Source: Saprospiraceae bacterium
GTDB taxonomy: Bacteria; Bacteroidota; Bacteroidia; Chitinophagales; Saprospiraceae
Direction: 5' to 3'
DNA length: 64,000 nt
NCBI GenBank assembly: GCA_016716335.1
Contig: JADJWN010000002.1
Coordinates: 123,262-187,261 of the forward strand
Shown: positions 21,326 to 30,650 of the stretch, piece after piece
Position numbering within the stretch: position 1 is the stretch's first letter
How the letters are laid out: each line of letters opens with the position of its first letter
Made by a program: the position numbers and the translations under genes
The notes under the pieces: model-generated
Told to the model about the DNA's origin: nothing
Databases searched by the model: none
Seen by the model: the letters and a program-made list of their open reading frames with translations, nothing else

Positions 21326-24300
21326 ATGAATTTCAATGCATTTTTTGTACGCAATTATCAGTTTACCCTGATCATTTTTGTAGCTGCGGTATTGCTGGGT
21401 CTCAATTCGCTGTTCAATATGCCGAGAGCAGAAGATCCTCCATTTGGTGCACCTATATTCACCATAGTCGCTGTGTATCCCGGTACTTCTCCCACCGATA
21501 TGGAAGAACTGGTAGTGGATGTCATAGAGGAAGAACTGTACAAGCTGGCGGATATTAAAAAAATCAACACTACCATCAAGGACGGATTGATGGTGATGCT
21601 CGTGGAATTCAATTTCGGCGTAGATGTGGAGGCCAAAAACAATGATGTGATCCGTGAAGTGAACAAGCTCAGACCACGCCTGCCCGATGGTATGATTACC
21701 CTTGATATCAATAAGGCAGCAAGCAGTGATGTTGCCATATTGCAGACTGCCATTATCTCTGAGACGGCATCTATGCAGCAGATGAAATCACTGGCCGAAG
21801 AGCTGGAAAAAGACATCGAGCGTATCCGGGACATCAAATGGGTGGAAATACAGGGCGAAGCTTCAGAAAAAATCAGAATTGAGCTGGATCTGGATAAAAT
21901 GGCTGCCCGTAAGCTGGGATTGAATCAGGTGATAGGATTGATACAGGCCAACAACATCAATATACCTGGTGGAGACATCGATCTGGGCAAAAGAAAATTT
22001 AATATTAAGACACTTGGCACCTACAAAACGGTAGATGATATCAAAAATACAGTAATCAATACCACCAAAGAGGGCAAAATCACATACCTCAGGGATGTGG
22101 CCGATGTATATGTCACAGACAGCGAAAGAGACCACATCACAAGGTACAATGGCAGAAGGGCCATATGGCTCGTCACTGCGCTGAAGGATAAGAGAAACAT
22201 CATTCATACCAGAAAGCAGGTTCAGGCAGTTTTTGATCAGTATGCCGGCAAGCTTCCTTCGCATATTCAGATCGAGCATGCCTTTGATCAGGAGACCGGG
22301 GTTAGAAAACGCCTGGCCGGATTGGGAAAGGACTTTCTGATAGCCATCGGGCTGGTGCTGCTTACCTTGCTGCCTCTGGGTACAAGAGCCTCACTGGTGG
22401 TGATGATATCCATTCCTCTGTCACTCAGCATCGGGATATTTTTACTGGATGTATTGGGTTATACGCTCAATCAGCTGAGTATTGTGGGCATGGTGGTTGC
22501 CCTGGGATTGCTGGTGGATGACAGTATAGTCGTGGTAGAAAACATAGAGCGCTATATGCGTCAGGGTATTTCAGCCCGGCAGGCAGCCATATCTGCCACC
22601 AACCACATCCTCGTAGCTATCATTGGTTGCACTATGACACTGATATTTGCCTTCCTGCCGTTAGCCAATCTGCCGGAGGGATCGGGAGATTTTATCAGAT
22701 CCCTGCCCATGGCCGTGATGCTTACCGTGCTGGCCTCCTTGTTTGTCTCTGTCACTATCATACCCTTCCTTTCGTCCATTTTGCTCAAAGCGCATGAAAA
22801 GGACAGTCATGGAGAAGGCAATTTTTTCTTCCGTGCTTTCAAGACTTATGTCAATGCTCCCTATCAGAGACTACTCGTATGGTGTATGGCCCATCCTTAC
22901 CGGACATTGATGGCGGCTGCCGCTATCTTCGGAGCTTCGCTAATGCTCATTCCGGTGCTGGGATTTTCGCTCTTTCCTGCCTCAGAAAAACCCATTCTCT
23001 ATGTGGATATCAACACAGAGCCGGGCAGCAATATCTACCATACAGACAGGGTGGTAAGAAAAATTGAGCAGGTCATACTTCAGAAGCCTGAAGTGCAGCG
23101 TATCAGCAGCAATGTAGGTAAGGGAAATCCCCGGATTTATTACAATGAATTCCAAAAACAGATGCAGAGAATGTAAGTCAGATCATGATTTTTCTGAGGG
23201 ATAATGCCACAGTCCCGGAAATAGAAAATTTTGCTCAGAGCCTCCGTCAGGACCTCAATGGATACCCGGGCACCAGAATCGAGGTCAAAAGATTTCAGCA
23301 GGGCCCACCCATTACAGCTCCGATAGAAATGCGCATCATCGGGCCTAATCTGGATACTCTCGAAGCATTGAGTACTAAAGTTGAAAATATCATTCGCAGT
23401 ACAGAAGGTACCATTTATGTCAAAAATGACCTGAAATACAAAACGACAGACATCACGATAGAGATAGATCGGGATAAGGCAGGATTGTATGGTATCACTA
23501 CGGGAGAAATTGCCAAAACGGTGCGTCTGGCTATGGCCGGTCTGGAGGTCAGCGAACTGCGGACTGACGGGAGTGATGATCTGAAGATGGAAATGACCAT
23601 TATGCAGAACGGATACAATGCATTGGAAAATTTTGACAGAATACAGGTCACTTCGTTAAGCGGAGCCTTAGTGCCATTGAAGCAGGTAGCAAAAGTAGAT
23701 TTTGCCCCTGCACCGCCTCTAATTTTGCATTACAACAAGGAAAGATACAGCCTGGTAAGCTGTTTTACCGCCCAGGGCTACAACACAGACAGACTGACTA
23801 CCGCAATTCTGGACAGAATCAACGAAGAAGTCAGGCTGCCCGAAGGCTACCGGATGAAGGCAGCCGGCGAGAGGGAATCAAGGGAGGAATCCTTCGGTGG
23901 CATAGGCACGATCATTATCCTGACGGTCTTCGGACTCCTGGGCATTCTGATTCTGGAGTTTAAAACCATCAAATCCACGCTGATTGTACTTAGTGTGATC
24001 CCTCTTGGAATGGTCGGTGCCTTATGTGCCCTGTATCTTACCGGCGAAAATCTGTCATTTGTAGCCACCGTCGGTATCATTGCACTGGCAGGAATAGAGA
24101 TTAAAAACTCCATTCTCCTAGTGGACTATACCAATGCTCTGAGAGCCAAAGGTGTCTCACTGTACGAAGCGGTGATGGATGGAGCCGAGACCCGCTTTTT
24201 GCCTATCCTGCTTACTGCACTGACAGCGATAGGAGGCCTCACACCCTTGTTTCTGGAGCGTTCACCACTCATAAGTCCTCTGGCCATTGTGATTATCGGT

Positions 24301-24390
24301 GGGCTGATCAGCTCAATTTTGCTGGGCAGACTGGTGACTCCTGTACTGTATTATCTATTGCCTCCTGCGATTCGACCTGCAGAAGATTGA
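21326..24390 (+). CDS. RND (AcrB/CzcA-type) efflux permease, reading frame broken at an A-run
   Basis: ORFs 21326..23176 and 23185..24390 together give about 1017 aa. The frames join (..YYNEFQK/TDAENVSQIMIFL..) with a 1-nt change in the A5 run at 23154-23158. Confidence 0.85.
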
Positions 24391-24537
24391 GATTTATCAG
24401 GTGTTTTGTTGCCCGAACGTATGCAGAAATGGTGTAGATATAAAAAAGTGTGGCATAATTTTGGATAAAAAGATACATCATTCATTTAGAATCATTACCT
24501 TTGCGCTCCTTTTGATACTAAAGTAAAATTTCAAGTC

Positions 24538-24897
24538 ATGGATATTATCAAAGCAATACACGAGCAATTGACCCCTAAGAGAGATTTTCCGTCTTTCAGA
24601 CCGGGTGATAATATAGCGGTAAGTTACAGAATCATTGAAGGTAACAAGGAGAGAATACAGGTATTCCGCGGGGATGTGATTCAGATCAATGGAGAAGGTG
24701 CCACCAAGACCTTTACCGTGAGAAAAATGTCCAACGGTGTAGGGGTAGAAAGAATAATCCCTTTTGCTTCTCCGGCTATCGCCAGTATCGAAGTGCTGAA
24801 AAGAGGTAAGGTGAGAAGAGCCAAGTTGTACTACCTCAGAGCCCTTACCGGTAAAAAAGCAAAAATCAAGGAAAGAAGATACACAGGTCCCAAATAA
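24538..24897 (+). CDS. rplS: 50S ribosomal protein L19
   Basis: 119 aa. [28 protein letters not shown] is a clear L19 sequence. Confidence 0.95.
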   Translation: MDIIKAIHEQLTPKRDFPSFRPGDNIAVSYRIIEGNKERIQVFRGDVIQINGEGATKTFTVRKMSNGVGVERIIPFASPAIASIEVLKRGKVRRAKLYYLRALTGKKAKIKERRYTGPK

Positions 24898-24921
24898 GAT
24901 TTTGGGGTTCGGATTATCGAT

Positions 24922-24960
24922 AAAGGGATATGTTCAGGTGGATATATCCCTTTATTTTTT
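24922..24960 (+). terminator. rho-independent terminator after rplS
   Basis: The stem aaagggatat / atatcccttt is followed by TTATTTTTT. Confidence 0.7.
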
Positions 24961-24976
24961 GCGTTCTGTCTCCTGA

Positions 24977-25684
24977 TCAGTTGAGATTCAATCCAAAGGC
25001 AAGCCCTGCCCAGGGTTTGTAGTGATAAATCCAGGAAGATTTATACCGGTCTGTCAATGCATCCACTCCTATCGTGATACCAACCGTAAAGTTATTTACC
25101 CCGATGATGCCCGCAAATCCATTGGACCATATGATACCCTCATAATCCACGGATGCGCCTGCCGTAAATTCATTGACCCATGTGTTGCCGAATCCGGAAA
25201 AAACACCCATGGAGAAACCCAGATGATCCACAGACCGGGTAGCCGTACCCAATGGAGTAGCGTTGTAGCGTACATCAAATATATCCTTGCGGTATCCCAG
25301 AAACAAGGCGCCGTTTATCGAGGTATTCAGCTGGGCAGGAATATGGCCGACTTCCGGACGGAATTTGAAAGGTATGGTCAGGAAATCTATATCAAAACTG
25401 TGTTTTTCAAAAGAAGTAGCAAGCAGTCCTGCCCCTTCTATCTCCGGTGGATAAGTCTGAAATGCCTCGACATTTACGTCTGCTGTCTTTTTGTCTTTGG
25501 CAAAAACCGGATGTATCCTGAGGTCATTATCTGTGATATCCACATAGACTTTATATTGCAATTTGCCGATTTCCTGTTCATAAAATCCGTCCTGAAAGTC
25601 ATATTTTGCCGTCTTCTGAAATAGCTTGCAGGAAGATAAAAGCGTGATCAGGATGAATACCGGCAATATACTTTTTGATTCCAT
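24977..25684 (-). CDS. hypothetical lipoprotein
   Basis: The likely start is the internal Met, MESKSILPVFILITLLSSC (lipobox), rather than 25732. Confidence 0.5.
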   Translation of the reverse strand: MESKSILPVFILITLLSSCKLFQKTAKYDFQDGFYEQEIGKLQYKVYVDITDNDLRIHPVFAKDKKTADVNVEAFQTYPPEIEGAGLLATSFEKHSFDIDFLTIPFKFRPEVGHIPAQLNTSINGALFLGYRKDIFDVRYNATPLGTATRSVDHLGFSMGVFSGFGNTWVNEFTAGASVDYEGIIWSNGFAGIIGVNNFTVGITIGVDALTDRYKSSWIYHYKPWAGLAFGLNLN

Positions 25685-25853
25685 GCTTTTTGATTGTAAA
25701 GATAATACCGGCATTGACCAATTGTATTGCATTGAAATATATTATTCCGCATCGAAGTCTCTCTAAGTAAGCATGGACTTTCCTGCGGGCTTTGAGTATT
25801 CGATAATTCATAACCGATAATCCAACAAAAAGAGATTCTCTGCGTTTTTAGAA

Positions 25854-26453
25854 ATGACAAACTCAAAATGCATGAAATCAAACCATTGGACCGTCCTGCT
25901 TTGTCTTGTGATATTGATGGCTGTTTTTTCAGAGGCCGGGGCACAGAGTACGAGGAAGCGCACTAACAAAAGAACAGAGAAAAAGGAGGTAAAAAAGAAA
26001 GAAACTGAAAATGAAGTGAATTTTTTCAGGGATCAGATGATATATGAAATCCGGTTGGGCAATCTGGGTTTTTTCAACGGATTTTCCATTTCTACCAAGC
26101 TGAATGCAGGCTATCGCATCAGTGACCACTTTGCTGCAGGTATAGGTGGTAAGTTTTATTACGATCAGTTTATTCAGAGAGGAGCTCCGGATATTTCCTA
26201 TTTTGACCGCGGGATTTTTGGATGGGCCCGTGGGAAAGTATCACAGGAAATTTACATACAGGCCGAATATGGCAACATGTATTATGACAGATGGGAGACT
26301 TCTGTCAGGACTCCATTAATTGGTGCCGGATATATGAGCGGCTTTGGCAGGTGGAAATTCGGCCTTGAGCTCATGTATATCATCAATGACACGGCACGTG
26401 ACCTTCAGGGCAGCGTGGTGGAGTATTGGGTAGGCGCCTCCTACAACTTTTAA
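25854..26453 (+). CDS. hypothetical secreted protein, possibly a small beta-barrel
   Basis: It has a signal peptide and alternating aromatic/Gly-rich strands ending in ..ASYNF. Confidence 0.5.
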   Translation: MTNSKCMKSNHWTVLLCLVILMAVFSEAGAQSTRKRTNKRTEKKEVKKKETENEVNFFRDQMIYEIRLGNLGFFNGFSISTKLNAGYRISDHFAAGIGGKFYYDQFIQRGAPDISYFDRGIFGWARGKVSQEIYIQAEYGNMYYDRWETSVRTPLIGAGYMSGFGRWKFGLELMYIINDTARDLQGSVVEYWVGASYNF

Positions 26454-26500
26454 AACCCGAAATCATCCTCCACTTCCTGAGGCTGAAATCCGGAAATTCT

Positions 26501-26566
26501 TTATAACCGGCGTTTGCCTGGATAAGTCGCAGTATATCACTAGGGTAGGTTTCAAAAAAACAGTTC
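26501..26566. repeat. left arm of the first attC-like site (ATAAC-CGGCG-TTTGCC)
   Basis: ATAAC is at 26503-26507 and CGTTTGCCTGG at 26511-26521. The layout matches the arm CCGCTAAC-AGGCG-TTTGGC of the site at 46211-46333 read on the other strand. Confidence 0.45.
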
Positions 26567-26702
26567 ATAAATTTGTAAAAGGATAAGAGCAAAACATCCT
26601 GCGAGAGGAATGCCAAGGAAAAATCCTGAGCATTCTTTTCAAAAGGAAGGATTGAGAGTATTTCTGTTTGCCTTGCAGGAGATTACATAGGAACGGCTGT
26701 TA
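26567..26702 (+). repeat. R module copy 0 (orphan), ending in the GTTATGC core
   Basis: About 85% identical to 37849-37984. It starts with ATAAATTTGT and ends GGAACGGCTGTTA. Confidence 0.85.
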
Positions 26703-26852
26703 TGCACTTGGCTTTATTGTCGTCTGTGTCTTGCGTTTCTTAAAGTATTCTAAAATTTCTTCTTTTGTCATCTTAGATAACTTCTCGCTCAATTTGTCTC
26801 TCTGTTGACGCATAAATTTTACAGCGTCAAATGTTTTCTCATTCGTCTTCAT
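26700..26852 (-). CDS. 50-aa hypothetical protein overlapping the PIN gene stop (possible TA partner)
   Basis: It reads MKTNEKTFDAVKFMRQQRDKLSEKLSKMTKEEILEYFKKRKTQTTIKPSA. It is below the ORF-track size cut-off and overlaps the PIN ORF by 14 nt. Confidence 0.5.
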   Translation of the reverse strand: MKTNEKTFDAVKFMRQQRDKLSEKLSKMTKEEILEYFKKRKTQTTIKPSA

Positions 26853-27303
26853 ATTTTTCAAATTCTCTTGGTGATCGTATTTCTAATTGCTTGTAACCTT
26901 TTTTAATATTGATTGAATTGTAACCCCTTATTCTTTCAATGTTTACTATGTGTTTGAAGTTCCAACTTATTAAAAAGTCTGCACGGTTTATTGTCGCTAA
27001 GGCTATGTGTAAGCAGTCTGCATAACTTGTATACCCCACAACTTTTTCGGTAATGTATTCGGTTGCTAATTCAATTGCTTCATCTGTTATTTCAATAAAC
27101 TCTGTCAGGTCGGCTCTAAGGCTTTTAACAAGTTCTTTTACATTTTCAGGTGCGTTTTCAAGTTCGTCCTGTGTAACTGTCTAGTAGAGAATAATGAATT
27201 CTCCTTTTTTGATTCTGTCAATCAGAGGAATAGTGTGTTCTCTGAACTCATCGTCAAAATGTCCCCCGAAAACAGATGTGTCTATGTATAATCTTTGTTT
27301 CAA
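26839..27303 (-). pseudogene. PIN-domain (VapC-like) toxin gene with an in-frame TAG
   Basis: A TTG start reads KQRLYIDTSVFGG...KKGEFIILY*TVTQDELENAP...LISWNFKHIV. The stop lies at 27181-27183. Confidence 0.7.
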
Positions 27304-27397
27304 TTTCTTTGTTGTCTTATTGTAATCAAAAATACGATTTTTGATTGTTCAATCGGTTGGTTTTATGTCTGATTGTTGTCTTTATAGACATGGGCAT

Positions 27398-27612
27398 AGC
27401 GTCAGACCTTGAAAAAACTCCCCAGCCTGTTCAAAATTATCTTTACAAAGATAGGTTTAAAAACATAATCTTTTCATATATTTACAAAAATTATATATGT
27501 TGATTTTGAGAGGAGAAGACAGGCATCAGATGCAGTTTTACAGTATTAGGGAAGGTATCTTGGAGGGCAATACATTGCTTTTTACAGAAGCATTTGTAGC
27601 TTGAATTCAGGC
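27398..27612 (+). mobile_element. truncated IS1182-like left end (terminal IR, leader and about 27 degenerate transposase codons), unit U1
   Basis: It aligns with 34668-34880 of the intact copy. The distal third is diverged but still homologous. Confidence 0.8.
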
Positions 27613-27750
27613 ATAAATTTGTTGAAGGATAATTTCAAAACATCCTGCGAAAGGAATGCCGGGGAAAAATCCTGAGCAATCTTTTCAAAAGAAAGGATTG
27701 AGATTATTTCCGTTTGCTTGGTAGGGGATTAGATAGGACCGGCTGATATA
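27613..27750 (+). repeat. R module copy 1 (orphan)
   Basis: This is the most diverged copy and ends GGACCGGCTGATA. Confidence 0.8.
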
Positions 27751-27760
27751 AGCCGTTTTT

Positions 27761-28369
27761 CTATTTATCATTTTTGTCTATTAGTTCAAAAATCAGTTCT
27801 GTTAGCGTCTTTAGGTCACTTTCAATTGTTCCTTTCATATACAGTTCGTAAACATTTTCGTTGTCTGGTGGGTTGAGATTTAGTGTCAAGCCTTTTTCTA
27901 ATGCCAACAGTCTTAAAAATTCCCTTTGTGTCCGTCCGTTTCCTTCTCTGAAAGGGTGTAAATAATTGACGTTATCTAAAATTTCCGCTAGTTTCTCGGC
28001 AAGAAGTTTTTTATTTTCTTTCGGAATTATCTTGAAGTCGGCAATTAATTGGTCAATGTATCTGAAAGCATTGTCAAAGAGCGAAGTAGGGAAAAACTGT
28101 TTGCCTTCTTTGCAAATTTCAACTGTCCGCTTTTTGCCTGCCCAAACGTAAATATCCTGAAATAAATATCTGTGAATTTCAAAAAGGCTGTCAATGCCCT
28201 TTATTTTTATAGGTTTTTCGTAAAGTTCTTGAAGTCGTTTTGTTACTGCACCACTCTCAACAAAGAGCAAGACATCAGGGTCGGTAATGCCTTGTAAGTT
28301 CCTTAAAAGTCCTGTCTTAGGGTCAATGTAGGTAAAGTCAGGGTCAATGTATTTATAGGAATTAGACAT
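27761..28369 (-). CDS. Fic/Doc-family toxin (class I FicT-like)
   Basis: The Fic motif is HPFREGNGRTQREF. The likely start is MSNSYKYIDP at 28369, overlapping the antitoxin stop (ATGTCTAA). Confidence 0.8.
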   Translation of the reverse strand: MSNSYKYIDPDFTYIDPKTGLLRNLQGITDPDVLLFVESGAVTKRLQELYEKPIKIKGIDSLFEIHRYLFQDIYVWAGKKRTVEICKEGKQFFPTSLFDNAFRYIDQLIADFKIIPKENKKLLAEKLAEILDNVNYLHPFREGNGRTQREFLRLLALEKGLTLNLNPPDNENVYELYMKGTIESDLKTLTELIFELIDKNDK

Positions 28370-28478
28370 AGGCTTTTTGTTTGGCAAGTGCCACAAGTTC
28401 TGATAGTGATATTTTTCCAGTCACATAGTCTCTTATGATTTCAATACCTTTTGGTGTCGGTTTAAATCCTTCAAACAT
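28362..28478 (-). CDS. VbhA/FicA-like antitoxin (38 aa from the ATG; up to 52 aa if the TTG at 28520 is used)
   Basis: It reads ..ANALGSNMFEGFKPTPKGIEIIRDYVTGKISLSELVALAKQKAYV and contains the inhibitory (S/T)xxxE(G/N) motif as SNMFEG. It is too short for the ORF track. Confidence 0.6.
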   Translation of the reverse strand: MFEGFKPTPKGIEIIRDYVTGKISLSELVALAKQKAYV

Positions 28479-28663
28479 ATTACTCCCCAAGGCATTTGCA
28501 GTGCTTTCAAGCGTTTTCAAGTCTGAAAACTTAACCCCATTATTGTTAGATTGCTTCTGTCTATTTCTATTTTGTTGAACATATTTTTAACTCTTAATTC
28601 TTTCCAAATTTATAAAATATCCATGTCAATTCGTTTGATTGTTGTCGTTTTAAAATGGCATAT

Positions 28664-28878
28664 AACGTCAGACTGTGAAAAAACTCCCCAGCCTGTTCAA
28701 AATTATCTTTACAAAGATAGGTTTAAAAACATAATCTTTTCATATATTTACAAAAATTATATATGTTGATATTGCGAGGACAGGACAGGCATCAGATGCA
28801 GTTTTAAAGTATTGGGGAAGGTATCTTGGAGGGCAATCCAGTGTTTTTTACAGAAGCATTTGTAACTTGAATTCAGAC
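28664..28878 (+). mobile_element. truncated IS1182-like left end, unit U2
   Basis: It shares its structure and breakpoint with U1 and U3. Confidence 0.8.
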
Positions 28879-29012
28879 ATAAATTTGTACAAAGAAAATT
28901 TCAAAACATCTTGCGAAAGGAATGCCGGGGAAAAACCCTGACATCTTTTTCAAAAGAAAAGATTGAGATTATTTCCGTTTGCCTGGCAGGAGATTACATA
29001 GGAACCGATGTT
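28879..29012 (+). repeat. R module copy 2 (orphan), followed by the GTTGGCGG core (29010-29017)
   Basis: About 95% identical to copy 3, with a small deletion in the first hairpin. Confidence 0.85.
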
Positions 29013-29028
29013 GGCGGTAGTGTTACTT

Positions 29029-30150
29029 TCAGAAGTCGGCAAGTTCGTAGTTTGTGCTTCGTCCGCCTTGTTGCTCTTGGCGTAATATTCCCTTTTCAAT
29101 TAAATCCTTAATGTCACGCAATGCAGTGTCGGTTGAACATTTAGCAATCTTTGCCCACTTTGATGATTTCAGTTTTCCATCAAATCCGTCAAAAAGTTTG
29201 TTTAACACTAATCTTTGTCGTTCATTAAACTCAGTGTTTTCGTGAATTTTCCAAAACTCAGTTTTTCGTAATATTTGCTGCAGATTAGTCTCTGTTGCCA
29301 ATAATGAGTTTCTAAGGCAATGTAAAAACCAGTTTAACCAATCTGTAATGTCGCCACTGCTGTGTTGAACCTTTTGCAAAATCTCATAATACTGTTTCCG
29401 TTCAATTAAAATTTGGCTTGACATACTATAATATCTTTCAGTTGTCTTGTCTGCACGGGCAAGCATTAAATCTGAAATTGCTCTTGCAATTCTTCCGTTT
29501 CCATCGTCAAATGGGTGTATGATAATAAACCAGAAATGAGCAATTGCAGATTTTAGAACCGGGTCAATAGGGGAGTTGGCATTAAACCATTTTAAAAACC
29601 TGTCCATTTCTTCTTTTACTCTGTTTGCAGGAACCGCTTCATAGTGAATTTTTTCTTTCCCCATTGCTCCTGAAACTATCTGCATCTCACCTGTTCGATA
29701 GCGTCCGACCTCTATCTTGTGCATTCCGCTGTGGCCTGTCGGGAATAGTGCCGAGTGCCAGCCAAACAGTCGTTTATTTGTCAAAGGTTTCTGATAGTTT
29801 TGAGTTGCATCAAGCATCATTTCAACAACCCCTTCAACGTTTCTATTTGTTGGAACAAGTCCGGCTATGTTAATACCAAGTCTTCTTGCAATTGATGAAC
29901 GAACTTGGTCATAGTCGAGTTTTTCTCCTTCAATTTCAGATGATTTGATTACGTCAAGCGTTAAAGTTGTAAGTGTAGCTTCTTCTTTTGTTGCAAAACC
30001 GAGTGTGTTCATCTGTCCGATAATCTTACCTTGCAAATTTCGGACTTCGCCAAATATGGCATTGATGGCGGTTTCCCGCCAAGTGAAGTCTGTCCAGTTT
30101 TTGTATTCGTAAATGTATTTAGCCACTTTTTCACACAGTTGTTGCGGCAA
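29029..30150 (-). CDS. Fic-family protein with an N-terminal Fic/DOC N domain and a C-terminal winged helix
   Basis: 373 aa. The Fic motif is HPFDDGNGRIARAISD. Confidence 0.85.
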   Translation of the reverse strand: MPQQLCEKVAKYIYEYKNWTDFTWRETAINAIFGEVRNLQGKIIGQMNTLGFATKEEATLTTLTLDVIKSSEIEGEKLDYDQVRSSIARRLGINIAGLVPTNRNVEGVVEMMLDATQNYQKPLTNKRLFGWHSALFPTGHSGMHKIEVGRYRTGEMQIVSGAMGKEKIHYEAVPANRVKEEMDRFLKWFNANSPIDPVLKSAIAHFWFIIIHPFDDGNGRIARAISDLMLARADKTTERYYSMSSQILIERKQYYEILQKVQHSSGDITDWLNWFLHCLRNSLLATETNLQQILRKTEFWKIHENTEFNERQRLVLNKLFDGFDGKLKSSKWAKIAKCSTDTALRDIKDLIEKGILRQEQQGGRSTNYELADF

Positions 30151-30275
30151 ATATAAGCATTATTCTCCGCAAAAATGCGGTGAATGTTAAAATTATTCTC
30201 CGCAAGTCAAACCAATTTTAAGTCAGTTTTTCGAGTCGCCTGTTTAACACCAAGTGCTGGGAAAACATTACCGCT

Positions 30276-30490
30276 AACGTCAGACTGTGAAAAAACTGCC
30301 CCGCCTGTCCAAAATTATCCTTACAAGGATAGGTCTTAAAATATAATCTTTTCATATATTTACAAAAATTATATATGTTGATTTTGAGAGGAGAAGACTG
30401 GCATCAGATGCAGTTTTAAAGTATTGGGGAAGGTATCTTGGAGGGCAATCCAGTGTTTTTTACAGAAGCATTTGTAACTTGAATTCAGAC
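30276..30490 (+). mobile_element. truncated IS1182-like left end, unit U3 (preceded by the CCGCTAAC core at 30271-30278)
   Basis: The IR is AACGTCAGACTGTGAAAAAACT. The degenerate reading QMQF*SIGEGILEGNPVFFTEAFVT compares with QMQFYTLEDRIAPDNPVRFVDAFVD in the intact copy. Confidence 0.85.
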
Positions 30491-30499
30491 ATAAATTTG
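30471..30499 (+). promoter_or_regulatory. candidate Bacteroidota sigma-A promoter (TTTG-N17-TAAATTTG) reading into the R module
   Basis: The -33-like TTTG (30471-30474) lies in the IS1182-like fragment. The -7-like TAnnTTTG (30492-30499) is the first conserved block of R. The same arrangement occurs in U1 and U2. Confidence 0.4.
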
Positions 30500-30626
30500 T
30501 ACAAAGAAAATTTCAAAACATCTTGCGAAAGGAATGCCGGGGAAAAACCCTGAGCATTCTTTTCAAAAGAAAAGATTGAGATTATTTCCGTTTGCCTGGC
30601 AGGAGATTACATAGGAACGGCTGTTA
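30491..30626 (+). repeat. R module copy 3 (orphan), followed by the GTTATGCGG core (30623-30631)
   Basis: Near-identical to 37849-37984. Confidence 0.9.
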
Positions 30627-30650
30627 TGCGGTCGGCTTTAATTTCTTCTT

